Positions 52,467 through 64,000 of a DNA stretch of 64,000 bases are shown here, piece by piece (the first letter of the stretch is position 1; each line of letters begins with the position of its first letter). The notes below the pieces were generated by a model that was not told where the DNA came from, ran no database searches, and worked only from the letters and a program-made list of their open reading frames with translations. The stretch lies in contig CALSCP010002411.1 of NCBI GenBank assembly GCA_943704425.1, positions 21,806 through 85,805 of the forward strand, read 5' to 3'. The translations under genes were made by a program, and so were the position numbers. The stretch comes from Ministeria vibrans ATCC 50519. Taxonomy: Eukaryota > Protista > Filasterea.

Positions 52467-55400
52467 ATGGAAACACCCGGCCAACTTGTGGTGCCCCGCT
52501 ACATCCCGGTGTCGAGCGACGGCGCACCGGCACACGGCGGCGTTGCGCTTGCAAGCACCCGCAAGACTGTTCCCTTTCGCGTTCAAATTCTCTCCGCCTC
52601 CAGTCTCCTTCACCCGCCCAACCTTGTTCAGGGCTCCTCCATCTCACATTATTGCAAGGTTTGTCCCGAATTTGTCCCATTATAAATATCAATCAATGTC
52701 ATGTTTTCAAAATTAATAGTGGTAGTCTAAATTTTAAAATCCCCTCCTCTCTCATCTCGCGCGCTACAGGTGTCCTTTTACGACGCACGTAATCGTCGAT
52801 TCTTTGGAAGCACGATTACTCTTGAGGAGAGTCCAGTGCGTGAGTGTACGGCCCCTGGGGAGCCGCTGCGCACCTGTCCGTTTGACTCAACGTTCTTCTT
52901 CCATTCGAGTTTGTGCGACCTCAGTGCTCTGCTCGTCATTGAACTCTGCGCCCATGTTCACAAGGGAATGAACAGTTTGCCCAGTGACAGTACAACGCCT
53001 GCTGCAAGCGGCGACCGTCATGTCGGTATCGGCTGGACCGTCTTCCGTTGCTTCAAGCACGTCGACCGTCTTCCCGACACCACGGCCAACAAGGACATTA
53101 AAAACAACGCCGCGATTCGTCTCCCCATTTACCGAGGCTCGCCACGTGCTCTCCTGTCCTTGACCGAACCCCTTGAGAACAGCAACGCGCACGACCTGTT
53201 CTTTGTCGCTGGCTCCCAGCTTGCCGTCACCCTGGCCACACACCGTCCCTTGACAGCCGCCTGCACCGAACACCTCCTGCCCGAAAATGTCTTCGTCCCA
53301 CTCCGTAGTACCCGTGGCATCCCTGGCCTTGACCCCCCTACAGACTTGGAGATGTGCACCCTGGCTCCTCGCGTCGAACACTACGTCCATCAAGTGTGCA
53401 TCTCCGTCGACAATTCGTCGACTCCCGCAAATCCTAGCAACGTCATGACTTCCCTTGACGAGGCGCTTCTGTCTCATCTCAATGCACTGCGACGCGACGC
53501 ACTCTTTGACGACCCACACAATCCACAACAAAGTTATACTGGTGGCGGATCAGCATCAGGCGACTCAGGTAGGGCAACTCGCGCCGGTGGACGAGGCAAA
53601 GGTGTCGTGGTGCTCGAGCGACGACTCCTTTTGGGCGTTCACAATGGACTCTGCCCCATGGGCGAGCCCCGCGTGGCCATTGTAGACGGCAATCCAGCGA
53701 GTCAGCTTACCTTTAAAGGTGTTCTCTCCCTCGACACTCCTCGACAGTCGGACATTTGGCTCACCTTCGAGCTTGTCTACCGTGTCGACGTGCCCGGTGA
53801 CGGCCCTTCCGATCTCCTCGTCGCCTGGTCGGCTCTCCGGCCATTTCAAGGCGACACCACCGAGAGCCAATCCCTCGCATGTCGACTTGAATCTCCTCGA
53901 GGTCGCGGCCCCTCGGGCATGCCTGTCGCTCACCTGCCACTCGCTCGTCCGCCCTTGCGCGTCGCTTTCACACTGACTCCCGCCTCGGCCGTGCCCTCTG
54001 GCAACGCTACGGGACTCTTCTCCTCGTCCTTTGACGTCTCTATCTCTAACCCTTCACAACCTGTTGCTCGCTCTCAACCCCATCGCTCCTTCAACACCGG
54101 CTCCTCGCTCCGTGCTTCTATCTCGCGTCGCACCCCTCGACTACCAACGCCCTCCTCCAAAATCGATGAAACACCAGAACTGGTCACCCATGTACATGAC
54201 GTTGCGGACCAACGCAGACCAACCACACACGAGGTGTTGGCACCGGTGCCGGTGCCGGTGCCGGATGCCGTAGTTGACAGTGACAATTGCAACGTCGACG
54301 TCGTGACGTCGACACGAACGCTCGTGCCCGTTGGCAGCGGCTCCTCTACTGATCAGGACGACATCCCGAAGTCCAATCGACCTCGACCTCGACTTCGGCC
54401 TCGCTCCTCTTTGCCATCACGCAGCCCCTCAGCCACAACACCTCACATGTATATGTCGCGTGCAGACCGCGCTCGCATTCGCGAAGCGAGCAGTAGACGT
54501 AGTAGTACAGATGAGGGAGCCCCACACGTTGATGACATTGACGCACCGACTGTGACAGTGGGGCTCCCAACGGCGTCCCACACCAATGTCCCCCACTTGC
54601 ATGCACATGCTCAATCGATCGCAGGCGACAGTGCCGCTCAAGGGTACGACGAGGCAGTGGAGCGAGGTGATCCAATGCGCTGCGACGACATTGCCTTTCA
54701 GTTTCTCGCTTTTACCCCTTCCACTCATGCTGATCCTCTTTCCGACACGACGCCCCCTGTAAAAGTGCGCCTCAACGTGCGATTCTACCGCTTCGACGAC
54801 ATTCTTACGCCTCCTGTGAGTACTCTACGGTCTCCGAGTGCCACCAACGTCGATGAGTCTTCTTCCACCAGTACCGGCGACCCCTCTACACTTCTCTATG
54901 TGTGTACTTCACCACATGCGCATGCGAACGCAACGCGACAGCCGGGGTTGCAAGTGCGCTACCGCGTAGACTCGGCCGTACTTGGCGGACCGGGCGAGAC
55001 GCGACACTTTCGACAGCATCTAACAAGTGGGGCTCACGCCCAGGTTGACATTTTGGATGACGTGTCTTTGCAACCTGTGGGCTGTCTCCAGCTCAGCCTG
55101 CATCACCTTGTGCGCGGTGGACGTGACGTTGTCTCGCGCACCTTTGAGGTGCCGGTGGTTGCCACGGACAGCGACGAGGGTGGCCACCGACGTTGCCTTG
55201 AAGGAGTCTTCACCGTACGCCTCGTCAATGTGGGCCGTCGCTCGCGCTCTCACTCAGTGTCGCGCTCCGTGCCGGTTCACGACTGGCCTGGTTTTGAGAC
55301 GGATCACGACCTTCCCAGTGCTGTTCGCGTGACAATGCCGGGCCAAGACGTCCTTCCTTCGCACGAGAATTGGCAAGCCCACATTGATCATGAATCGAGT

Positions 55401-57006
55401 GACATTGTCCCGGTCCGCGCGCGTCCCATGGTCGAGTGTGATCAAGCACTGGCGCGTCTTCTTGTTGACTCTTTTCCCGCTCGCCTTGTACCTGAAGCCG
55501 CTGCTGCCTCGAAGGCACTATCAAGCAAGGCACACCAACAAAAAAATCAGCTTGCAGGCAGCGCTGGCCATGGTCGTACTTCAGGTAGCCAGGCAAGTAT
55601 GAGCGTCGACGAGCGTGACCAGGAGCGAAAGAGACGGCGCATGGAAGCTGTGAGGGCACGTCAACAGCAGCCCTTGCAACAATTGGGGGCACAGTCCATG
55701 GTTACGCGTGTTGAGGAGCGGGTGTTGCGCGAGCGAGCACTGCAAACCATTGCGATGTATCGCACGAAACAGCGCGAAGTTTCTATTGCGTCGCGTCTCA
55801 CGGAACGACTCACGAGTTTGCACGAGCTGTTTGTGGACGCTGGTGAGGTGCGTCTTGTCGAGTACGAGTTGCGGAACCCGTACTCGTGCGAGCACAGCTT
55901 CTCCATTGAGACGAATCGAACGGCCGCTGTGCGTGTGGTGACTCGTGTTGACGAGTGGCGTGCACTCAAGCTCGCGCATGGCGTCACCACGCCTGCCGAG
56001 GAGGGACTAGTTTTGACCGACTCAGCGAGTGGCCATGATGGTGGACCACGTGTGCTCTTGGCCGCCCACGAGACAGTGTTAGTGCCAATTCGTGTCGCGT
56101 TTCTCCAGAGTGGCTCACGTTGGTCCGCATCGTCGCAAGATACAGCGTCGACAGCGTCATTGGCACACAACGGTGCGGAGACGGCGTGTGTTACTTTTGC
56201 CAATGAGGTAGGTCATGCGGTGGCCGTGTTGCGTCTCGTGGTACATGTAAGCGCCCCAGTGGTAGAGCGTACTTTGAGCTTTTGTGCGCCGGAACATCAG
56301 TTTATGCGACGTGTGCTACCAACGGCAAAGGTGGAGACAAACGTGATGTGCTCGGACGAGACGTGTGTATGCGAGACAGCGGAGAATGCTCACGGGGTGC
56401 GTGAGGTGCGCGTGCGGTTTGCGTGTGGTGCCGCGCCTAACACCACGGCTTTTTATGTGTTCTTCTACGAGGACACGCTGTGCGTCAACTTGCGTCGAGT
56501 CTGGCGCTGCCTCGTTCGCTCCATGCACCGCGTTGATGTAGTAGCCAAAGTAGGTGAGAGTACCTTTGTCGACGTGCCATTGCGTCGCAGCCAGCGCGAA
56601 CGTCGCGTTCGCTGCGTCACGTTTACCCCGCACGACGACGACAACAACGATCACAACGGCGACCATAACGCCTTGACTACATCGCTTCTGGTGGGTCCAG
56701 CGTCGACAACCCTTGACTTATGCGCGCCCGACAACATTGTGCGCATCAGCGTGAAGCCTCGCAGCGTTCACACGACAGCATCCGATGAAAGCTGCTCGAC
56801 AGCACCCCTGCCTCAGCGTGCCTTTGTCCACGTTGTGGACGACGCGACGGGACTCCTTGTGAACGCTTGGCTTATACTGTGCACCCCACTTGCGCCGACC
56901 CCTTCAAAACACTTTGATGTGATTTTGTCGCCCACCACGTCAATCACCAACAAAGTAAAAAAAAATTATAGTAATAATGACGTTTTTTTTTGAACTGACA
57001 CTCAGC

Positions 57007-57043
<37 letters not shown>

Positions 57044-57305
57044 GCGCATTACCTACACAAACCCGTACAGCGACGAACGCACTTTTACTGTCAGCGTGAG
57101 CGATCCCTACAACAGAGTCAGTGTGAAGCAACGTCAACTGACCGACCTGCCGGGCCACGAGACACGTTCCATTGGTCTGCGCATTGTGCGTCCTTCTTCT
57201 CACTTGTCGTCGCGTCTGTCCCGTGCACCTGTCTATGTCTTCATCAACAATGCTTCTTCTGACCAGACCGAGGAGTGCTTCTCTCTCTCAGTCGTGTATC
57301 AATAA
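52467..57305 (+). CDS. NPHP4: Nephrocystin-4 (ciliary transition zone)
   Basis: VSFYDARNRRFFGST, YRGSPRALL, VLERRLLLGVHNG, FQFLAF...FYRF, YELRNPY, KRITYTNPY and C-terminal INN...EECFSLSVVYQ*. Confidence 0.93.
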
Positions 57306-57394
57306 TAAATTATGAATTATTATTATTTTTCCAAACGTTTCAACGACGGGTTCATTACATATCTTAATTCAATTTGATGAGTATTTAGACGATC

Positions 57395-59767
57395 TCAGTA
57401 TCTGAGGGCGTTTGTGAGGAGCGACGGCTTGTAGGTACGAACAGGGACGACTGAGGAGGGTGGGGCAATGTTGGACGAGGGAGGGACGTTCTCCTTGTCT
57501 TCGTAGGGGTTGTGACGTGAGTAGGCGCTGAAGCGCGAGCGAGGTGCCGAGGCGTAGTCATATTTGTTGCTGGTTGTTGCGGTGGTGACCTTGCTACGGG
57601 GCGCAATGGCGGCGGACAAGACGGTGGCGTTGTCAGTTGAGGCACGCGTGGGCGTTGCCGTGGCGGGTGCAGGCGTGGCTCCAAATGCACGACGCGTGTT
57701 GCTTGAGGCAGTGCTTGTCGTCGTCGTCGTCGTTGTTGCTGCTGTAGCAGTACTGGCTGGCGGGATGCATGCTTCGCGTTCGAGACGCTCCAAGCGCTTT
57801 TCGCGGTGTGAGAGAGTGCGTTCGCGCAGTCGGACCATTCGTTCTTGGTCATCTACAAGCTGAAGCAAATGACGTAGTGCCTCTTCGCGTTCACGACTTG
57901 ACGACGTCTGCGAGTTGAAGACACTTGTAAGACTGGATTTGGCGGCAAGGAGCGACGCAGATATGGTGGGAGCGTCACCGTTGAGCGTGACACTCGTTGT
58001 AGTGGTGGAAGGTGTGGAAGTGGCGGAAGTGGTCGTGCCCGACACAGCAGTAGGAGTGGAAATGGAGGAGGTGGTGGTGGTGGGAGTGCGCATGAGGCGT
58101 GGTAGTGCGGATGCAATGGGGGTACAGACACCGACTTCTGCTTCTACGCTGCAATCCTTGTCCTCATGAATATAAGGTACAGCTGAAGCTGCCTGAGTGG
58201 GTGTGCTGCGATTTCTGTCGTCGGCACGGCCGTCAGGCGACGTCGACGACGCGCGACGCACCACCGACTTTTGGACGACACCCATGCGAAACTGACGCTC
58301 CACGTCGGGACAGTGACGCAGGGCAACAATGCTCGGTCGCTTGTACGGATCCACCTGCAGCATGCTCTTGATCAAGTCAGAGAGAGCTACAAAAACAAAG
58401 AAGAAAAGCAATCGAATAAGAATAAGAAAGAATAATAATAATAAAATTAATAAAAATAATGACAACAACAACAACATGGTTGTGTAGTAATAATAATGAA
58501 AATAATAATAATGATTATTGTTTACCGTCCGAGTATCTGTTGGGAATGCGACGGAAACGGCCTTCGCGCACTTTGATGGCGAGTGCCTGTTTGTTGCTGG
58601 CATTGAACGGCGGTGTGAGGGCACATAGCTCGTAAAGGAGACAGCCCAGCGACCAGACATCGCTCTTGTCGTTGTACGGCTTTCCGGCGTGCTGTTCGGG
58701 ACTCTGATAGTACGGCGTGCCGCAGTAGGTGAAGGCCATGCTGCAAAAACAAAAGCCAAAAGACCATTCGTTTGATGTTACAACATGGATGATATACAGT
58801 TGTGTGCTGACACACGACGTACCCAACATTGCCGCTGACAACGCGAGCCAGCCCGAAATCGCCCAGTTTCGCATTGGCATCTTTGGTGAGAAACACATTG
58901 GCTGGTTTCATGTCGCGGTGCAGCACCATTTGCTCGCGTCCATGACACTTGTCCAATGCTGATATCAACTGTGCCGCCATCTTCCAGATGAAATCTTCCT
59001 CAATGTAACGCCTAAGTCACAATGTTAGTCCAAGTCAAAAAAAAAAACGCATAAAAACGGGAAGTTCAAAAAAAAATCAAATGGAGAAGAGGTAGATGTT
59101 CGAAATGACATGCAATGTATAGATAGGCTATACATAAACAAAATAGAAGGATCGTGGGGCACATTTGAGTGGTGGGGACTCTCCGTACCGTTCGCGTTTG
59201 TACTTTTTAATCATTTGCGAAAGGTCGCCCCCTTCGCAGAACTCAAGGAGAATGTAGATTTTCGTGCGTTCACGGTCAACAATGCGGTCATGGTAGGCGC
59301 AAATGTGGGGGTGAGAGAGGTCGCGAAGGATGTTAACCTGGAAGGGTAAACACGAAAAAGTTTGGGCGTTGTTAGCGACGACGTGGCTCGTTTGCGCCTC
59401 AACAACAGCTCACCTCAGACACAAGCGACTGTTTTTCGCGCTCGCTCATCTTTCCATAGTCAAGTTCTTTCCAAACATAATCCTGCGGTGCAGCAAAACC
59501 GTGTCAAAGGAATGTTCCAGCAGAGTTTTTTTTTTTTTTTTGTGGAGATGAAAAGTTTGGCAGTTGAGTAGCAACCAAGGAGCGCTTTTCAGGGTCCATT
59601 TTTAGGTGAATGGCATGTAAAATACGTATACTGTGCACATTTCCCCGACGGAGAGCGCGAAACGGGCGTACCTTGGCGTCTTTCTTGCTACGCACTCGCG
59701 TGACGGTGCCAAAACTTCCAGCGCCGACCACCTCGACAATGTCGTACTCGTCGATCTTTGGGTTCAT
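57395..59767 (-). CDS. NEK2: NIMA-related kinase, NEK2-like
   Basis: VGAGSFGTV, VWKELDYGKMSEREKQSLVSEVNILRDL, VLHRDMKPANVFL, KLGDFGLAR, CGTPYYQSPEQ; C-terminal coiled coil and KEN box (DKENVPP). Confidence 0.88.
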
Positions 59768-59932
59768 GGTGATATTTATAAGGGGAGGGGAGGAGGATAA
59801 AGGACGAAGATAGGAGGGGTGATGGGAGTGGGGGAGGGGAAGGATAAAAACTGTGAAACAATGAAAAAACTTACTTGAAAGTTGAAACAATCAATATTTT
59901 TGTACCTTTTTTTCTTTTTCTTTTTTTTGAGC

Positions 59933-61492
59933 ATGCCGCTCTTGCCGGCGGACGAGCGACGTGTGGAAAACATCTTGTCAGAGGTGTGAACAACGAAGGA
60001 ATGCGTGTTTATGTGGTTGACATTTACTTGTGATGCAAAGGCGATTTCGCGTGCAGACGCCGACACTGCTTCCATGTGTGTCTCTGTGCTGCTTCAGAGG
60101 TGCGTAACGACGCGTGGTGGTTGACGAGCGTGTTTTAGAGGGGCGACTTTTGTCTCAAACAGGTTGACTTGTAGAGGGTCGCAGAGCTCGACGTTGGCGA
60201 TTGAGGTGCGAAGTGTGTAGCGGATAGTATGATTTTATGATGCTGAGCCGTCTTTTCAGAGTGCGCTCGAGTTACTGCGGCAGAGTCAAGCTGGGGTTCA
60301 CGTTGTGCGTCGATTCTATCGACTTTTGTCCATTGCAGCGTCTCGAAGTGTAAGAAGGAGGGAGGGGCAGAGGCTGAGACTGATTGTGTTGTGTTTGATC
60401 GCACAGCCCGACGAGATGTGTCGAATTGTGTTAGAGGAGATTTTGTTTGTTGCGCAGCGAGTGAGCCACGACGAGGCGTACAGTCAGCTGAGTGAGTAAG
60501 CAACACATTGTGCGTGTGAGAGGCAATCATTCGTTCTTTGTGCATAGTCGTCTTCTGGTCGAGCCGTTCAAGTCGAATGCGACTCTCTTAGTGCACGCTG
60601 GACTTATTGCGCGCTCAGTGAAAGGTAAGGATTGAGGAACGAGAGCGAACGCAGTAGATTATAGATTTGGTTTCTTCACTTAGCAAACCGAACAACACAG
60701 TTGGAGTATTTTCGACGGGCGTTTGAGGAGAGTGATTCCTCGCGCGAGCTGTCGGCGACGCAAGTGAGTGCAACGCTGTCGACCTACATTGACGTAAGAA
60801 CTCGATTGTATTCAAAAGAGACAGAGATTTGTGGAGTCAAGGATAAACGCGTCTGCCTGTAGACGCTTCTTGAGGATGGCCAGACACGCGAGGCACTGAG
60901 TCTTGTGCGACGCCAAAGCGCACGTCACCCGGCCAATGCGATTGTACTTGAGTACGCCTCATACACGCCTTTTGTTCGTCTATCTGATTGGTACTGGTGT
61001 AGACAGCACTTGCGGGTTGTTCGCAGTCACTTTACACACCTCAGCAATGAGTTTGTGGCACAATGGAACCGATTGGTGCTGCTCGCGCCGGCGTCGGCAT
61101 TCCTGGCCCTCGAAGGTGCGCCTGTGCGGCCCTCCGATACTTCTCCTTTGCAGCTGCTGCACCTCTTTGCACATCTTGCGTGCGCCCCGGCGGTCCCTGC
61201 CGACCCACACTGGAATGCTCTGATGCTTCTTTTGACCCAAATTGACTCAAGGTGTGTGCGTGCCTGTCAACGTCTTCTCCTTTGTTTGACTGTGCGCTTT
61301 GGTTGTAGTGTGATTGAGCGGGTGTACAGCGCCATGTGCCGTCGCTGCCCCCACTTTGCCAGTGTGGTGTTTGCGCTTCCACCCATGTGCGCAGGCAGTG
61401 CGACGGTACATGTGGAGGGTGCACGCGTATTAGCCGCCATTGTGGGCCACGACGAGTATGTTGCCGCTGCCGATCGACTCCTCAGGCCCTGA
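59933..61492 (+). CDS. Helical (TPR-like) protein, possibly Pol I factor TAF1A/Rrn11-like
   Basis: Several short exons splice in phase (MPLLPADERRVENILSE...SALELLRQ...RRFYRLL...EAYSQLS-DRLLVEPFKSNATLLVHAGLI...LFAHLACAP...HWNAL). Resemblance to TAF1A/Rrn11 is weak. Confidence 0.45.
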
Positions 61493-61518
61493 AGTTAGGA
61501 GGGACACTATGTGAATGA

Positions 61519-61550
61519 TTCACGAGGACTCACGAGGACTCACGAGGACC
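61519..61550. repeat. 10-bp tandem repeat (TCACGAGGAC)x3
   Basis: Directly visible. Confidence 0.85.
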
Positions 61551-61620
61551 TTCTAGTTGGTCTGTCTCACTGTCTCAATCGAAATGTCTTAAAGGAAATT
61601 TTGATGAATTTAAACAAGAT

Positions 61621-62555
61621 TTAAAACTTCATGGTGTGGGGGTACTGGCCCTTGGAGAGGGCGAAGCGGGCAGTAAGGTAGGCGGCGAGGCCACTGACGG
61701 GGCTGATGGCAGCCATGAGAGCCTTGTCAACGACCTTCTGGTCGGCCACACGCGAAGCGTCAGTTGTCTTGGCGGGCTTCTCGGCGTTGAGGAACTCAGC
61801 GTCCGACTTGGCGGGCGCAGCGGCAGCCACATGCGCAAAGTACTTGTCGTCGAACTTGGACACGTCAACCTTGCTCACGTCAACCTTCACACACATATAT
61901 AAATGAGCGAAAAAAAAAAAGAGGAAGAAAGTATAACAAAAATAAATTTACCTTGGTGGAGGTGGCGATGACATAGGCGGCGTTGACACGGCGGAGAGGA
62001 ACACCGTTGAGGCCGAAGGGACCGTTAACAAGGAGAAGACCCGACGCGAGGTGCTTGAGGACGACCACACGGTGGCCACGGAAAGCACCCGAGAGCATGA
62101 TGGCGATGGTGCCGGGGGTCAAGCTCGCGCGCAGCTTCATGGCGCGCTGGGCCTTGCGCACGGGGCACGGCTTCGCAACATCAACAGCGGGGTAGAAGCG
62201 GGACGCCTTCTGTGCCACAGAGCGCGTCTTTCCGTTGTTATCACCGCCGATCTGAGAGGGGCAGTGAGAGAGAGAGAGAGCGAGAAAGAATCAGTGGTAA
62301 AAAAAAGGAAAAAAAAAAAAAAGGCGCAAGGAGATGAGTAAAAAGGAATGAATAGAGGGTGTGAGGATGAAAGGAGACTGAATCGATGGCAGGGAGGGCA
62401 CGCACCTGCTTGGTCTTGGGAGCAACAACTTCGGCAGCCTTCTTAGCGATGGCCACACGCTTGCGCTTGTACAGACCCTTCTTCTTGTACGAAGCGCTGC
62501 GCGAAAGCTTCATGACGCCATTGGCGATGGCGGAGTTGCGCGACGACTTGCCCAT
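61621..62555 (-). CDS. RPL6: 60S ribosomal protein L6 (eL6)
   Basis: [52 protein letters not shown] and YPHTMKF*; 3 coding exons. Confidence 0.97.
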
Positions 62556-63503
62556 TTTTATAATGCTACAGGAGAGAAGGGCGAGGAGAGGAGAGAAGGG
62601 GAGAGGAAGAGGTGAGGAGAGAAAAGAGAGAGTTAGTGAAAAGAGAAATCAAAAAAGACAAAGAAAGGCGGTAGTGCGGCCACAAGACATGGATAGGTAG
62701 CAGAGTAGAATGGGTGCTGTGGGCGATGCACATGCGAAAGCTTGGAACAAAAGGTTGCCAACAGATTTTTTGGACAGACAACGAAAAAAAAAAAATCCTC
62801 GTGTCAGACTCAAGCGATGTGGGGTGCTTCTTTTGCCTTGAGTACGCGGCAAAGGTGTCCAAACAAGCGGGAAAGCAAGCGGCGAGCAGAAAGAGCAGCC
62901 AAGGCGGCTGGCACGCGTGACGACGACCCAATGGGAATTTGACCAGCGAGCATTTCACACGACCCGTCGAGGCCACACAGCGGCCAGAGCTGGTGCAGAA
63001 CGACAAGGTGCGCCGGACGGCAAGCACCAATGACACAGACAACGACGTCTCATGGTTTCTGCAGTCGACGCGTTTTTTTTTTTTTTTTTTTTTTTTTTTT
63101 CAAAGTGGTTCAAGCGCACACCCAGTCAGCACCCTCCCACACTCCTCTGACAACAACAAAGCGATAGAGACACTGTCACAAAGTTACCCACCAAAAAGAG
63201 ACAAATTCGAGAGACCGATCGAAAATCATTCGCAATTCGAGTAGAGTCAATTGACCAAACTCGAAGTGAACTCGAAAGTGCGACCAAAGTGCGACCAAAG
63301 TGCTCCCTGAAGCCCCACTGTCAGGCCACTGACGGGCCCACTTAAGGCTCCAAATTACTATGTAAAGTGTTTTGACCAGGGTAGTAAAAATAAAAGAGTA
63401 AATTGGTCCTCCCAAGGGCACTGAGTAAAATAAATTGGCTTTTATTTTTATTTACAATTTATTTACATAGTAAATTTGGAGTAGATCATTACAAGATAGT
63501 TTA

Positions 63504-64000
63504 TCACTTTGGATTGTCGAACATGGTCCAGTTGAAGTCTCTGGGTGGGTAGTACGTGATGTTGGTGTGGAGGAATGTGTTGCGGATGACAGTCTTGGGA
63601 AGCATTGAGCTACGGTCACCCTTCCAAGCTTGTTTCGGGACCTTGTTGACGCGCTTAACCCCGCACTGTGTCGGAACGAAAGCACCGACTCGACGTACAA
63701 CACGGCGCAAAACAGATTCGGTTCGTTTCTCCCAGTAGTCGGCCAACGAGAACGTCTCGTCACCGACCTTAGGCTTGCGCCGGAGCCACGGGAGAAGAGT
63801 CGGCATCGCCAGCCGTCGAATACGTGCATCTTCTCTCCGCTCCTCATCTTCGGCGTCGCCTTCATCATCGTCGAGCTCCTCTTCCTCCTCTTCTTCTTCA
63901 TCATCCTCCGAGATGGCCATAAAGGCATCGACAGCAGACTGGTTCTCCTGTGCACGCCGTGCTCGCTTGGTCGTCAGACGCCCTTCATTGCCATTGATCA
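63504..64000 (-). CDS. 3' end of an unidentified gene (acidic tract, then basic/aromatic C-terminus), 5'-partial
   Basis: Open frame running off the window edge and ending ...YPPRDFNWTMFDNPK*, with coding-like GC content. Confidence 0.6.
   Translation of the reverse strand, partial: INGNEGRLTTKRARRAQENQSAVDAFMAISEDDEEEEEEEELDDDEGDAEDEERREDARIRRLAMPTLLPWLRRKPKVGDETFSLADYWEKRTESVLRRVVRRVGAFVPTQCGVKRVNKVPKQAWKGDRSSMLPKTVIRNTFLHTNITYYPPRDFNWTMFDNPK

Noticed and set aside
62570-63070. Possible snoRNA in the RPL6 5' intron/upstream region
   Set aside because: No convincing C/D or H/ACA box arrangement seen.
63255-63302. Short direct repeats (GTGCGACCAAA x2, ACTCGAA x2) upstream of RPL6
   Set aside because: Too short and few to support a functional claim.

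Overview
Gene-dense, intron-rich eukaryotic DNA with GT-AG introns full of (CA)n/(CT)n and poly-T tracts, and two 10-N scaffold gaps. Gene content suggests a flagellated unicellular holozoan (choanoflagellate or filasterean-like; this is an inference): motile-cilium genes (ZMYND10, NPHP4, CXorf65-like) sit beside animal-type signalling genes (p105/p100-like NF-kB, RIPOR/FAM65-like, Arpin, ADAM10-like, a claudin/LHFPL-like tetraspan). About 30 genes were reconstructed by splicing exons by hand, many in head-to-head pairs 100-330 bp apart. Main observations: (1) a full RHD-GRR-ankyrin NF-kB with a perfect kB palindrome in its own first exon; (2) a predicted 2-nt microexon needed to keep the frame of a Ca2+ exchanger; (3) an unrecognised protein made of two tandem copies of one strongly conserved domain; (4) a claudin-like protein with a ~1250-aa N-terminus carrying four YDD[IV]P repeats; (5) a catalytically degenerate PLC; (6) a bacterial-type polyol dehydrogenase with a mitochondrial presequence; (7) two probable assembly mis-joins at simple repeats. 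All family calls come from motif recognition, not database searches.
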